Assembly: GCA_903921325.1 (NCBI GenBank)
Contig: CAIXPL010000025.1
Location: 4,905-68,904, forward strand
Direction: 5' to 3'
Length of the DNA stretch: 64,000 nucleotides
Origin: an uncultured Pseudomonadota bacterium
GTDB lineage: Bacteria > Pseudomonadota > Gammaproteobacteria > Burkholderiales > SG8-39
Shown: one piece after another, positions 26,993 to 36,725 of the stretch
Position numbering within the stretch: position 1 is the first letter of the stretch
Layout of the letters: each line of letters starts with the position of its first letter
Notes under the pieces: generated by a model
What the model saw: only the letters and a program-made list of their open reading frames with translations
Database searches by the model: none
What the model was told of the DNA's origin: nothing
Position numbers and translations under genes: made by a program

Positions 26993-28402
26993 ATGGTGCC
27001 GATGCACATCATAGACGAGGTCGCTGCACGGAACACTCCAGGCCCGGCGCTACCCCGCGCGCGCTGTGCGCTGGCCGTTGTGGCGTTCATGTTGGCGAGC
27101 TGCGCGCATGTACCATCCACGAGCCCATCCGGCGCATCAACCGGCGCATCATCCGGCGCACCACCCGTGAGCAGTCCGCCGCGGCAAGCGCAGAGTAGCG
27201 CGATGCCGCGGCCAAGCGGCCCCGCTGCGGGTGCTGCGCCTGCCCCCTCGCCTGCCCCCGCTCCCGCCCCAGGCGCAATCGGTGGTGCAACGAATCCGCC
27301 ACCGGTGGGCGCCGCACCGGCAAGCGTTGCACCGCGACCGGATCTCTTGCGAGGAGTTCAGTGGACTGACTTGCCGAACTGGTCAGCAGACGATCACCTG
27401 GCGGCCTTGCGCGCGCTGCGCAATGCCTGCAGTGCCCTTGAACGCCAGGAGGCATGGCGCGCCTCCTGCCAAAGTGCCCGCTCGAGTGACGCTGAGCGGA
27501 CCGCACGTGAATGGTTTGAGGCCAACTTCAAACCGTGGCAGTTGACCAATCCTGACGGGACTGATTATGGCCTGGTTACCGGCTACTACGAACCCCTGTT
27601 GCGCGGCAGCCGTACCCGCAGCCCGTCCTTTAGCTATCCGCTGTACGCCCCACCCGATGACCTGATTACGGTCGATCTGACGATGGTGGCACCCGAGACT
27701 CGCGGCCTGCGTCTGCGCGGCCGGCTCGATGGCACCCGTCTGGTGCCGTACTACACCCGTGCAGAGATTGAGGCCGGGCGCGCACCACTTGCCGGGCGTG
27801 AAGTGCTGTGGGTCGATGATCCGGTCGAGCTGTTCTTTTTACAAGTCCAGGGCTCGGGTCGCGTCCGACTGACTGACGGCTCGACGCTGCGTGTCCTGTA
27901 TGCGAATCAAAATGGGCATCCCTATCGGTCAATTGGCCGCGCACTGATCGAACGTGGCGAGCTGCGCGCTGACCAGGCATCGATGCCGACCATACGCGCG
28001 TGGGCCCTGATGCACCCGGACGCGATGCGCGAACTGCTTAACGTCAATCCGAGTTACGTCTTTTTTCGCCTCGCAGAGGACGATCCCAGATCACCGGAAC
28101 TCGGAGCACCGGGCGCTCTCGGAGTGCCGCTGACGGCCGGCCGTGCAATCGCGGTTGATCCACGCTTTGTGCCACTCGGCGCACCGGTTTACCTTGCGAC
28201 AACGCGTGGCACGTCGAACGCGCCGCTCGAGCGCACGGTGATGGCACTGGATACCGGAAGTGCCATCACCGGCTCGGTTCGAGCCGACTTCTACTGGGGA
28301 TTTGGCGAGGAGGCCGATCGCGAAGCCGGACGCATGCGCCAGAACGGACGCATGTGGTTGCTGCTGCCGCGCGACTGGGCCGTGCAGCGAAGTGAGCGCT
28401 GA
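26993..28402 (+). CDS. mltA: Membrane-bound lytic murein transglycosylase A (lipoprotein)
   Basis: Lipobox AFMLASC, an Ala/Pro/Ser-rich linker, then the MltA domain and a 3D domain (GRAIAVDPRFVPLGAPVYL, RADFYWGFG). The start is uncertain (26975, 26993 or 27002). The track ORF from 26633 is over-extended through apaG. Confidence 0.85.
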   Translation: MVPMHIIDEVAARNTPGPALPRARCALAVVAFMLASCAHVPSTSPSGASTGASSGAPPVSSPPRQAQSSAMPRPSGPAAGAAPAPSPAPAPAPGAIGGATNPPPVGAAPASVAPRPDLLRGVQWTDLPNWSADDHLAALRALRNACSALERQEAWRASCQSARSSDAERTAREWFEANFKPWQLTNPDGTDYGLVTGYYEPLLRGSRTRSPSFSYPLYAPPDDLITVDLTMVAPETRGLRLRGRLDGTRLVPYYTRAEIEAGRAPLAGREVLWVDDPVELFFLQVQGSGRVRLTDGSTLRVLYANQNGHPYRSIGRALIERGELRADQASMPTIRAWALMHPDAMRELLNVNPSYVFFRLAEDDPRSPELGAPGALGVPLTAGRAIAVDPRFVPLGAPVYLATTRGTSNAPLERTVMALDTGSAITGSVRADFYWGFGEEADREAGRMRQNGRMWLLLPRDWAVQRSER

Positions 28403-28413
28403 TTCGGCAGCGG

Positions 28414-29259
28414 CTATCTGCGCGGACCCGCCTCATCAATGAGGCGGCTGATTTCCGCCACAGTGCGCATCCCTGGCAGACGCGTCCCGTTGGCAAGTAC
28501 CAGCGTCGGTACGCTATTGACCCTGATCTTGCGACCGAAGGCAAGGTTGCGATCGATCACATCGGAATTGCACATACCAGCCGAGGGGGCGATGCCATTG
28601 ATCATCCAGTTCAACCACGATTTGCCGCGATCGGCCGTACACCAGATTGCGCGCGACTTGGGCATCGCCTCGGCCGACAGAATCGGATAGAGAAACACGT
28701 TGATGGTGACATCGTCCAGGCGAGCCAGCTCCTTCTCCAATTGCTTGCAGTAGGGACAGGTGGGGTCGGAAAAATAAGCAAGCTGGCGGCGGCCCGTGCC
28801 ACGTACGATCTTGAAGGAACCTTCAAACGGCAGATCGGCGTACTGAATCGCGGTGAGCGCCTGCAAGCGCTCCTCGGTCAGATTGCGCTGCAGGTCATTG
28901 CCATCGCGGATCGCACCCACGAACAAAAAGCTGACCTTCTCATCGGTGTAGAACAGCTCGTTGTCATCGGTATGTACTTCGATCAACCCGGAATAGGGTG
29001 TTCGGGTAATGCCCGCAATGTGGATTCCAGGCACCCGTTCCTCAATCAGACGACGCAGTGCAGCCTCGTTGGTGAGCGCGGCTGGCGCTGTCGCGCCGGC
29101 GCCTGGAGCCGCCTGGCCAGGGATCGCAAAGGTGACGAGTAACGCCGCACACAGGGTGCTCACTGCGAGCCTGTTCACGGTGGCACCCGCACCGCGCGCC
29201 GCAGCAGCGGTCACCCTGGCGACGGTAACGATCCGCGCAATCATGTTTACTTGCATCAT
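28414..29259 (-). CDS. Periplasmic thiol:disulfide interchange protein, DsbC/DsbG family
   Basis: Thioredoxin-fold active site DPTCPYCKQLE. An N-terminal hydrophobic signal-like region. Start trimmed to ATG 29259, which is preceded by AAGGAA. Confidence 0.75.
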   Translation of the reverse strand: MMQVNMIARIVTVARVTAAAARGAGATVNRLAVSTLCAALLVTFAIPGQAAPGAGATAPAALTNEAALRRLIEERVPGIHIAGITRTPYSGLIEVHTDDNELFYTDEKVSFLFVGAIRDGNDLQRNLTEERLQALTAIQYADLPFEGSFKIVRGTGRRQLAYFSDPTCPYCKQLEKELARLDDVTINVFLYPILSAEAMPKSRAIWCTADRGKSWLNWMINGIAPSAGMCNSDVIDRNLAFGRKIRVNSVPTLVLANGTRLPGMRTVAEISRLIDEAGPRR

Positions 29260-29378
29260 CAAGTTCCTTGAATCAATCAAAGGTACGTTCAAGCAGCGGC
29301 CCGGCCGCACACACATCCGGATGGCATCACTCAGCGGGAATCGTAGCGCTGACGGGAATGCAAGGCCGGCACCACGCC

Positions 29379-30626
29379 TTAATCGAGCGCGTATTTTGCG
29401 AGCATGCCCTTTATGACTGGCATGCGATCAAGAAGGTTCAATCCTGTGTTGCGGATGACGCGACTGAAGCCATCCTTACGCGCGAACAGGCGCTGCAAAC
29501 CATGCGTCAGCCATTCATGAGCGAGTATATCTTCGGCGCGCACCTGCCGATAGCGGCGCAAGAGCGCGCGATCGCCCCAGTCTGTACGATCGGTTGGCCA
29601 GGCCACACCGGCGGCTTCGCGCACACCGGCAGCACGCGCGGGTGCAGCGGTCCGCATGAGCAGACCGGCCAACGCGCGGACATCGCGAAAACCCAGGTTG
29701 ATACCCTGTCCGGCCAACGGGTGAATGGTGTGTGCGGCATCACCGATAAGGGCGACTCGCTCGCCGGTGATTGAATCAACGCGAATGCGCTCCAGGGGAA
29801 AGCTGCGACGCGCACTGATCAGACGCATACCCCCAAGCGGCCCGCCGGTCACCTCGGCGAGTTCGGCGCAAAACGCATCATCATCGGCTTTGAGCAGGCG
29901 CGCCGCCTCGTCGTGCGGCAATGACCAGACGATGGAAATCACCGCTCCAGGCAACGGTAGCCACGCCAGCACCGCGGCATTTTGAAACCATTGCCATGCG
30001 ACTCCGCCATGCGGCAGATCGGTCTGCAGGTTGGCCACAATGGCCACCATTTCATAGGAATCGCGGCGGGCGTGCAGGCCAGTCAAGGTACGCACCGCCG
30101 ACCGTGCGCCGTCGGCGCCAACCAGCAGGGCTGTTTCCAGTCGCTCGCCAGAGGCCAGATGCACGATGCAGCGCCCCTCGCCTTGTTCGACTTGTGCAAG
30201 ATCGGCTGAGAACCGGCACTCCGGCGGGTGCGCCGACCCGAGCACGCAGTCGGCGAGGGCACGAGCCAACTGATCCGCCTCCACGATCAGCGCAAGTGCG
30301 GGCACGCCGGCATCAAAGGCGCTCAGGCGAACGTGTCCCTGGGTCGGTGTGCCAGCGGCAATATCCATCACGTCGCACGGCCCGACCCGGTTCTGGTTTA
30401 CCCCGGCCCAGGCACCTGCGGAGCGCAAGAACTCAACGCTGCCCGGCGACACCGCGTAGATGCGGCTATCCCAGGGCGCCCGGTCCGACAAGGGTTCACG
30501 TACTGGCGCGGGTTTAGCCGCATCGAGTAGCGCAATACGTCGGCCACTGTCGCGCAGCGCGGCGGCCAGACTCAATCCGGCCAGGCCGGCGCCAGCGATG
30601 ATCAAATCGTAGTCGGGTGCCTTCAT
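29379..30626 (-). CDS. UbiH/UbiF/VisC(UbiI)/COQ6-family FAD-dependent ubiquinone-biosynthesis hydroxylase
   Basis: 415 aa. YDLIIAGAGLAGLSLA dinucleotide fold and GDAAHTIHPLAGQGINLGFRD motif. Confidence 0.85.
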   Translation of the reverse strand: MKAPDYDLIIAGAGLAGLSLAAALRDSGRRIALLDAAKPAPVREPLSDRAPWDSRIYAVSPGSVEFLRSAGAWAGVNQNRVGPCDVMDIAAGTPTQGHVRLSAFDAGVPALALIVEADQLARALADCVLGSAHPPECRFSADLAQVEQGEGRCIVHLASGERLETALLVGADGARSAVRTLTGLHARRDSYEMVAIVANLQTDLPHGGVAWQWFQNAAVLAWLPLPGAVISIVWSLPHDEAARLLKADDDAFCAELAEVTGGPLGGMRLISARRSFPLERIRVDSITGERVALIGDAAHTIHPLAGQGINLGFRDVRALAGLLMRTAAPARAAGVREAAGVAWPTDRTDWGDRALLRRYRQVRAEDILAHEWLTHGLQRLFARKDGFSRVIRNTGLNLLDRMPVIKGMLAKYALD

Positions 30627-30667
30627 GGGCCGATTCTAGCCGGCCCGCACGTTTGCGCCTACGTTTC

Positions 30668-31744
30668 TCAGGCGGCGTGAGGCTGCGCCTGCCGGGAGAG
30701 GGGTGGCATCGCGCTCGACATCAATGGCGCGGCGGACGCCTGCTTCGGTTGGGCTCGAATCGAAATCTGCTCAGTGGCAATACGATTACCGAGCAACTTC
30801 ATCAATGCGTAGACCGTTTCGAGGTAGGGCGTCGGCGTCGCAGTGATTTTGCCCAGCTCGATCACACTGCCAACCAGGGCATCGATTTCCGGATCGCGGC
30901 CGGATTCGACGTCCTGCAACATCGATGTCTTGTGATGCCCCACCTTGGCAGCGCCTTCCAGACGCCGCTCCAGCGAGACTCTGAAACTTGCCCCAAGCTG
31001 GGTGGCGATGGTTTGCGCTTCGCGCATCATGTTGGCGGCCAGTTCGCGCGACAGCGGGAATGCACAAATATCGGCCAGGGTGGCATGAGCGAGGGCACTG
31101 ATCGGGTTAAACGACAGATTGCCCCACAGCTTGAGCCAGATTTCGTTGCGGATTGCGTCAAGTACCGGTGACTTGAATCCGGCGCGGACAAACAGCGCCG
31201 ATAGATTCGCCACCCGCTCGGTCGACTGTCCGTCGAGTTCGCCGAGCGGAAACCGTTCGCCTTCAACATGACGCACATGCCCCGGGCCAATCAGCTCGCA
31301 GGCCGGATACACCACACAGCCGACAATGCGCCGCGGATCAATCTGCCGCAGCAGCCGCCCGCCCGGGTCGACACTTTCAACCACGTGCCCGTCATGCGCA
31401 CCGCCATAGCGCTGGAAATACCACCATGGCACGCCATTCTGCATCGGGATGATCACCGTATCGGCATGCATGGCCGCAGGCAGCTCGTCGACGACATCAA
31501 CCACCTGATGAGCCTTGACCGCCAGAATGATCACGTCTTGCGGACCGGCATCAGCGAGGCGCGCGACGGCGCGCACCGTGACTGACTGAATGTTCCCGTC
31601 AGCCGATTCAAGCCGAATCCCGTGCGCGCGAATCGCCGCCAGCGTGGCGCCCCGTGCCAGCACAGTCACCTCGTCGCCTGCGCTCGCCATCCGCGCCGCA
31701 ACAAAGCCGCCTATCGAACCCGCCCCTATGACACAGACTCGCAT
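30668..31744 (-). CDS. panE: 2-dehydropantoate 2-reductase (ketopantoate reductase) with a low-complexity C-terminal tail
   Basis: MRVCVIGAGSIGGFVAARMA Rossmann N-terminus and an ApbA C-terminal domain (KTSMLQDVESGR). A GGAGGA SD is present. The last roughly 40 aa are Ala/Pro/Ser/Gln-rich. Confidence 0.8.
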   Translation of the reverse strand: MRVCVIGAGSIGGFVAARMASAGDEVTVLARGATLAAIRAHGIRLESADGNIQSVTVRAVARLADAGPQDVIILAVKAHQVVDVVDELPAAMHADTVIIPMQNGVPWWYFQRYGGAHDGHVVESVDPGGRLLRQIDPRRIVGCVVYPACELIGPGHVRHVEGERFPLGELDGQSTERVANLSALFVRAGFKSPVLDAIRNEIWLKLWGNLSFNPISALAHATLADICAFPLSRELAANMMREAQTIATQLGASFRVSLERRLEGAAKVGHHKTSMLQDVESGRDPEIDALVGSVIELGKITATPTPYLETVYALMKLLGNRIATEQISIRAQPKQASAAPLMSSAMPPLSRQAQPHAA

Positions 31745-31764
31745 GATGATTCCTCCGAGCGGAC

Positions 31765-31793
31765 AGTATCCCGATAGGGATGGGGGTTGTCAA
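31765..31793 (-). promoter_or_regulatory. Putative sigma70 promoter of panE
   Basis: On the - strand: TTGACA (31793-31788), a 17-nt spacer, then GATACT (31770-31765). The -35 box is half of the inverted repeat TGTCAA-N7-TTGACA (31788-31806). Confidence 0.4.
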
Positions 31794-31883
31794 TATTTTC
31801 TTGACATATCTAACTGTACATTTGCCAAATTGCCGATCAGGGACGCTCTTTCGAGGCTTTTCTTCCGGCGGGCAGCGCCGCTA

Positions 31884-31912
31884 TTGACACCGACACCCGC
31901 GCAACTGATAAT
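31884..31912 (+). promoter_or_regulatory. Putative sigma70 promoter of tRNA-Met
   Basis: TTGACA (31884-31889), a 17-nt spacer, then GATAAT (31907-31912). It lies about 75 nt upstream of the mature tRNA 5' end. Confidence 0.55.
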
Positions 31913-31990
31913 TTTCGGCTGTCCTGAACAATCATCTGCAGTCGTTCCCGATCCGGGGGGCGATGGCGCCTTACGATTCCGGCAGACCGG

Positions 31991-32067
31991 GGTGAAGTAG
32001 CTCAGCCGGTTAGAGCGCGGCACTCATAATGCCGAGGTCGAGGGTTCGAGTCCCTCCTTCACTACCA
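31991..32067 (+). tRNA. tRNA with CAU anticodon (elongator tRNA-Met; tRNA-Ile2/lysidine type cannot be excluded)
   Basis: Hand-folded cloverleaf:
- Acceptor GGTGAAG/CTTCACT (G1-U72).
- D arm GCTC-AGCCGGTTA-GAGC.
- Anticodon arm CGGCA-CTCATAA-TGCCG.
- Variable loop AGGTC.
- T arm GAGGG-TTCGAGT-CCCTC.
- Discriminator A and an encoded CCA.
The D arm is not initiator-like. Confidence 0.9.
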
Positions 32068-32105
32068 GATCGACCCTTTGTGCGGCTCGGGTCAACAGAG
32101 CACCA

Positions 32106-32594
32106 ATGCATCCTTCGGCGCGCGATTACAGCCTTCTCAGAGATGCCCCCCACGCAGCAGTGAGCGGGCTACGCACTGACTGCGGCCGCGACCTTGATCA
32201 GAGCCTGGCCAGAGCGCCCGCGTGGCGGCATGTCCTGCGCCTCATGGGTATCGCGGTCTTGCTCGTGGCAATGACCGATCCGTGCATCGCACAGGAAGAC
32301 GCCCAGCAGACCGGCTCGCGCATTCCGCACCACGCCCATCGCGGCGTGATGAGCCCCGGTCCGGCCGGAACCGTCCTGCTCGATGGCAATCCGGCCTTGC
32401 TGTCAGCCGCCGTGATCATTCGCAACGCGAACAATCTGATCATCACCTCAAACGCCTTGCCGCCTGACTCGTTGGTGCGCTTTTTGAAAGAGCCGAGTGG
32501 CACGATTTTCAGGGTGTGGATACTGACTCCCGCCGAGGCAGAAGCCTCGCGGCCATCGATATTTGATTTCATGCGCCAAAATGGTCAGCGCTGA
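32106..32594 (+). CDS. Hypothetical protein, probably secreted (likely shorter form starting near 32232-32244)
   Basis: The only sizeable ORF between the tRNA and miaB. An internal MGIAVLLVAMTDPCIAQ looks like a signal peptide. I recognise no family motif. Confidence 0.5.
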   Translation: MHPSARDYSLLRDAPHAAVSGLRTDCGRDLDQSLARAPAWRHVLRLMGIAVLLVAMTDPCIAQEDAQQTGSRIPHHAHRGVMSPGPAGTVLLDGNPALLSAAVIIRNANNLIITSNALPPDSLVRFLKEPSGTIFRVWILTPAEAEASRPSIFDFMRQNGQR

Positions 32595-32636
32595 GTCCCT
32601 TCATCCGGCGAGCCGGCACGAGATCGCGGATTGCCG

Positions 32637-34094
32637 ATGCTGAAGCCGCCCGGCAAGGACGCCGCCAAAGTGTATATCCGCACGTTTGGTTGCCAGATGA
32701 ATGAGTACGACTCCGATCGCATGGCCGATCTGCTGGCTGCCAGCGAAGGGTTGTCGCGCGCGCAAACGCCGGAAGAAGCCGATCTCATTTTGTTCAATAC
32801 GTGTTCAGTGCGGGAAAAGGCGGCGGAAAAAGTATTCAGCGACCTGGGCAAAGTGCGTGAATTAAAGGCGCGTAATCCGCGCCTGCTGATCGGCGTGGGC
32901 GGCTGTGTCGCCAGCCAGGAGGGCGCCTCCATTGTCGCTCGCGCGCCGTATGTCGACATTGTGTTCGGGCCGCAAACGCTGCATCGCCTGCCTGAGCTGA
33001 TCCGGCAACGCCGCCGCACCGGCCAGGCGCAGATCGACATCCGCTTTCCGGAAATTGAAAAATTCGATGCCTTGCCCGCACCCAGCGTGAAGGGCGCCAG
33101 CGCATTTGTCTCCATCATGGAAGGGTGCAGCAAATACTGCAGCTTTTGTGTGGTGCCCTACACACGAGGGGAAGAAGTCTCGCGCACCTTCGACGAAGTG
33201 ATTGGCGAGGTCGCCGAGCTCACTGCCCAGGGCGTACGTGAAGTGACCCTGCTGGGGCAGAACGTGAACGCCTGGCGCGGCCCCACCGACCCACAGGCGC
33301 AAGCTGCAGGACTTGCTCCGATCGCTGACTTTGCCACCCTCCTTGAGTATGTCTGCGCGATACCGGGCATTGAGCGGGTGCGTTACACGACATCACATCC
33401 GCGCGAATTCACCCCGACCCTGATTGAGGCCTACCGACGTCTGCCGAAGCTGGTATCGCATGTCCACCTGCCGGTGCAATCCGGTTCTGATCGGATCCTC
33501 GCCGCAATGAAACGCGGCTATACGGTGCTTGAATACAAGGCCATCGTGCGGCGCCTGCGGGCAGCGCGCCCCGATATCTGCATCTCGTCAGATTTCATCG
33601 TCGGCTTTCCAGGCGAGACCGAGGCCGATTTTGCTGCCACCTTGCGCCTGGCAGGCGAAGTCGGGTTTGACGATTCGTACAGCTTCATCTATTCAGCGCG
33701 GCCTGGCACACCAGCGGCAGACCTGAACGACGACACCCCGCAGGCGATCAAGCTCGAACGCCTCAAACGCTTGCAAGCGCTGATCGAGCAACAGGCGCGG
33801 AGCATCAGCCAGGCGATGCTTGGTAGCGTGCAGCCGGTGCTGATCGAAGGCCGTTCACGGCGCAATCCGGCTGAACTGTGCGGGCGCACCGACAATAACC
33901 GGACCGTGAATTTTGCCCCGCCGACCAATGTGCTCGCCGGTCAATGCGAGCCAATCATCGGCCGCTTCACCAACCTGAAAATCACCGAAGTGCTCGCCCA
34001 TTCGCTGCGCGGTGTCTGGGTTGAGTCGCACCCACACGGGCCCGTCTGGTCGAATGAAAACGCGTCTGACTGTTCGCACCAAAGCAGCGTCTGA
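32637..34094 (+). CDS. miaB: tRNA-2-methylthio-N6-dimethylallyladenosine synthase (methylthiotransferase)
   Basis: [16 protein letters not shown] (UPF0004 cluster), radical-SAM [15 protein letters not shown], and a TRAM domain. ATG 32637 is preferred over TTG 32631. Confidence 0.93.
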   Translation: MLKPPGKDAAKVYIRTFGCQMNEYDSDRMADLLAASEGLSRAQTPEEADLILFNTCSVREKAAEKVFSDLGKVRELKARNPRLLIGVGGCVASQEGASIVARAPYVDIVFGPQTLHRLPELIRQRRRTGQAQIDIRFPEIEKFDALPAPSVKGASAFVSIMEGCSKYCSFCVVPYTRGEEVSRTFDEVIGEVAELTAQGVREVTLLGQNVNAWRGPTDPQAQAAGLAPIADFATLLEYVCAIPGIERVRYTTSHPREFTPTLIEAYRRLPKLVSHVHLPVQSGSDRILAAMKRGYTVLEYKAIVRRLRAARPDICISSDFIVGFPGETEADFAATLRLAGEVGFDDSYSFIYSARPGTPAADLNDDTPQAIKLERLKRLQALIEQQARSISQAMLGSVQPVLIEGRSRRNPAELCGRTDNNRTVNFAPPTNVLAGQCEPIIGRFTNLKITEVLAHSLRGVWVESHPHGPVWSNENASDCSHQSSV

Positions 34095-34119
34095 TTGACC
34101 CGAGGCAGATCAATCCACC

Positions 34120-35229
34120 TTGAAGAACCGACCGCTCGAACTCACGCTGCAACCGACCGACAACCTTCGTCTGGCCAACCTGTGCGGCGCCCTGGATGAG
34201 AACCTGCGCCAGATTGAAACGGCCCTTGGCGTCACGATCGCTCGCCGCGGCGAGCGATTTCTGCTCAGCGGCGCTCCCGCCCAGACACAACACGCCGCGC
34301 AGACGCTGGAACATTTTTACAAGCGCGCCTGGATTGCATTGAGCCTGGAGGACATGCAACTCGGATTGGTGGAATTGGCGCGCGACCGGCAGACTGTGGC
34401 TAGCGGCGACCCACGAGCCATCAGCGGTGAGGTCGTTGCCGGACCGACGCTACTCACCCGGCGTAGCGATTTGCATGGCCGCAATGAACGGCAGCGCGAA
34501 TACTTGCGCAACATCATGGCGCACGACGCCACGTTCGGTATCGGTCCGGCCGGCACCGGGAAGACCTATCTCGCAGTTGCCTGCGCCGTCGATGCGCTTG
34601 AGCGTGACAGTGTGAAACGCATCGTGCTGGTGCGTCCGGCGGTCGAGGCCGGCGAACGTCTGGGCTTCCTGCCCGGCGATCTGGCGCAAAAAGTCGACCC
34701 TTATCTGCGTCCGCTGTATGACGCGCTTTACGATCTGATGGGTTATGACAAGGTTGGCCGGCTGTTCGAGCGCGGCGCAATCGAGATTGCACCGCTCGCC
34801 TACATGCGCGGACGCACGCTTAATCAGTCGTTCATCATCCTGGATGAGGCGCAGAACACGACACCTGAACAAATGAAGATGTTTCTTACCCGCATGGGCT
34901 TTGGAACCCGCGCCGTCATCACCGGCGATGTCACGCAGATTGACCTTGCACGCGGACAAAAAAGCGGCCTGATCGAAGCGCAGCGCATCCTGTCAGGATT
35001 GCATGGGATCGCATTCACACTGTTCACTGCCGAAGATGTCGTGCGCCACCCGCTCGTGCAACGCATCATCACGGCGTACGAAGCCGATGACCGCGCGGCA
35101 CGCGCTGAGGGTCGGCGCGTTGAAGATTCGCGCGCTGAAGATTCGCGCGCTGGGGGACAGCGCAGAGAAGGGCCGCGCAGTGAGACCCCGCGCGGCTCGA
35201 CGCCGCGCGACGCCGTTGACAACGCTTGA
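34120..35229 (+). CDS. ybeZ: PhoH-like ATPase (YbeZ) with a repeat-containing charged C-terminal tail
   Basis: ELTLQPTDNLRLANLCG N-terminus, Walker A GPAGTGKTY, and FIILDEAQNTT. The TTG start aligns with the enterobacterial YbeZ N-terminus as I remember it. Confidence 0.9.
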   Translation: MKNRPLELTLQPTDNLRLANLCGALDENLRQIETALGVTIARRGERFLLSGAPAQTQHAAQTLEHFYKRAWIALSLEDMQLGLVELARDRQTVASGDPRAISGEVVAGPTLLTRRSDLHGRNERQREYLRNIMAHDATFGIGPAGTGKTYLAVACAVDALERDSVKRIVLVRPAVEAGERLGFLPGDLAQKVDPYLRPLYDALYDLMGYDKVGRLFERGAIEIAPLAYMRGRTLNQSFIILDEAQNTTPEQMKMFLTRMGFGTRAVITGDVTQIDLARGQKSGLIEAQRILSGLHGIAFTLFTAEDVVRHPLVQRIITAYEADDRAARAEGRRVEDSRAEDSRAGGQRREGPRSETPRGSTPRDAVDNA

Positions 35230-35232
35230 CGC

Positions 35233-35763
35233 ATGAATGCCGATTTCGAGCTCGCTGTCCAGTACGCGTGCGCACGCAGCGGCGTGCCGCATCGCCACTC
35301 GGTGACACGCTGGATCGCCGGCGCGCTCAAATGCAGCGCGATGCTAACCGTACGATATGTTGATCTGATCGAGGCGCGCGAGCTCAATCGCCTCTACCGC
35401 GGTCGCGATTACCCAACCAACGTGCTCAGCTTTGGCTATGAGGTGCCCGGCGCGCAGCCGCAACGATCCAAACGCCCATCGCGTGCAGCGCCCCTGCAAG
35501 GCGATATCGTGATCTGCCCGACTGTCGTGGCGCGCGAGGCACAGGCCCAAGGCAAGCCGTTGCGCGCGCACCATGCCCACCTGGTGATCCATGGTGTACT
35601 GCATCTGCAAGGCTATGACCACGAAAATGCCGCAGACGCGAGAACGATGGAGGCGCGTGAGCAGGCGATTCTCAACGCTTTGGGGTATGCTGATCCCTAT
35701 CGGGAACATGCCTCGACTGCAGCTCCGGTCCTGCGTAAGCGCCCCCTTAAACGTCCGGTTTAA
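35233..35763 (+). CDS. ybeY: Endoribonuclease YbeY (rRNA maturation factor)
   Basis: HLVIHGVLHLQGYDH zinc-binding motif. Position is between phoH-like and corC-like genes. Confidence 0.92.
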   Translation: MNADFELAVQYACARSGVPHRHSVTRWIAGALKCSAMLTVRYVDLIEARELNRLYRGRDYPTNVLSFGYEVPGAQPQRSKRPSRAAPLQGDIVICPTVVAREAQAQGKPLRAHHAHLVIHGVLHLQGYDHENAADARTMEAREQAILNALGYADPYREHASTAAPVLRKRPLKRPV

Positions 35764-35785
35764 AGCCCTGGTCCGACGCCCTTCA

Positions 35786-36637
35786 ATGGCAGACTCCTCT
35801 GGTCACAAGCGCACGCTGATCGAACGGCTGACAGCATGGGCGCTGAGCGAACCTGATGATCGCGAAGCACTGCTACGGCTTTTGCGTGGCGCCTGCGAGC
35901 GTAATATCGTCGACGTTGATGCCCTCGCCATGATCGAAGGCGCGCTGCAGGTTGCCGACATGCAGGTTCGCGATGTGATGATCCCGCGCGCGCAAATGGA
36001 CGTGATCGACATCGGCGAGACGCCCGCGCAGTTCATTCCTGCGGTGATACGCACTGCACACTCACGCTTTCCGGTCATCGATGGCGACCGGGACAAGGTG
36101 ATCGGCATCCTGCTCGCTAAAGACCTGTTGCGCTATTACGCCGAAGCGGAAACCTTTCGCGTCCGCGACATGCTGCGGCCCGTGGTGTTCATACCCGAGT
36201 CCAAGCGTCTGAATGTTCTGCTGCGCGAATTTCGTTCTCGCCGCAACCATATGGCTATTGTGGTCGATGAGTATGGTGGCGTCTCGGGCCTGGTCACGAT
36301 TGAAGATGTGCTGGAACAAATTGTGGGTGACATTGAAGACGAGTACGACTTCGATCAAACCTCGGACAACATCCTGCGCCAGGGTGATGGCTCCTGGCGG
36401 GTCAAGGCGCTGACCGAGCTTGAGGATTTCAATGCCGCGTTTCATACCAGCTTCAACGTTGATGGTGTCGACACGGTGGGTGGTCTGGTGATTGAACGAT
36501 TGGGGCGACTGCCCAAACGCGGGGAGAGTCTGATCATCGATGGTCTGCACTTTTCGGTGATTCGCGCCGACAGCCGGCGTCTGCATACCCTGCAAGTGCG
36601 CCGTGTGATCGGTTCCGAATCACCCGATCCGGCATGA
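35786..36637 (+). CDS. corC: CorC/YbeX family CBS-domain magnesium/cobalt efflux-associated protein
   Basis: Track ORF trimmed to MADSSGHKRTLIERL... (ATG 35786). A CBS pair (VRDVMIPRAQM..., FPVIDGDRDKVIGIL) and a CorC_HlyC C-terminal domain. Confidence 0.88.
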   Translation: MADSSGHKRTLIERLTAWALSEPDDREALLRLLRGACERNIVDVDALAMIEGALQVADMQVRDVMIPRAQMDVIDIGETPAQFIPAVIRTAHSRFPVIDGDRDKVIGILLAKDLLRYYAEAETFRVRDMLRPVVFIPESKRLNVLLREFRSRRNHMAIVVDEYGGVSGLVTIEDVLEQIVGDIEDEYDFDQTSDNILRQGDGSWRVKALTELEDFNAAFHTSFNVDGVDTVGGLVIERLGRLPKRGESLIIDGLHFSVIRADSRRLHTLQVRRVIGSESPDPA

Positions 36638-36652
36638 TGCGGATTGACCGAC

Positions 36653-36722
36653 TGAACGGACTGAGCGGACGACGCCAGTTGAACGGGCTGAGCGAGCAAC
36701 GCCGGTTGAACGGGCAGCACGC
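36653..36722. repeat. Degenerate tandem repeat, about 2.4 x 27 nt, in the corC-lnt spacer
   Basis: TGAACGGACTGAGCGGACGACGCCAGT (36653-36679), TGAACGGGCTGAGCGAGCAACGCCGGT (36680-36706), then TGAACGGGC... (36707-). Confidence 0.85.
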
Positions 36723-36725
36723 AAT

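Noticed and set aside
31991-32594. A tRNA-adjacent genomic island or integrative element downstream of tRNA-Met.
   Set aside because: There is no integrase, and by eye no repeat of the tRNA 3' end downstream. Only one small ORF lies before the conserved miaB-phoH-ybeY-corC-lnt cluster.
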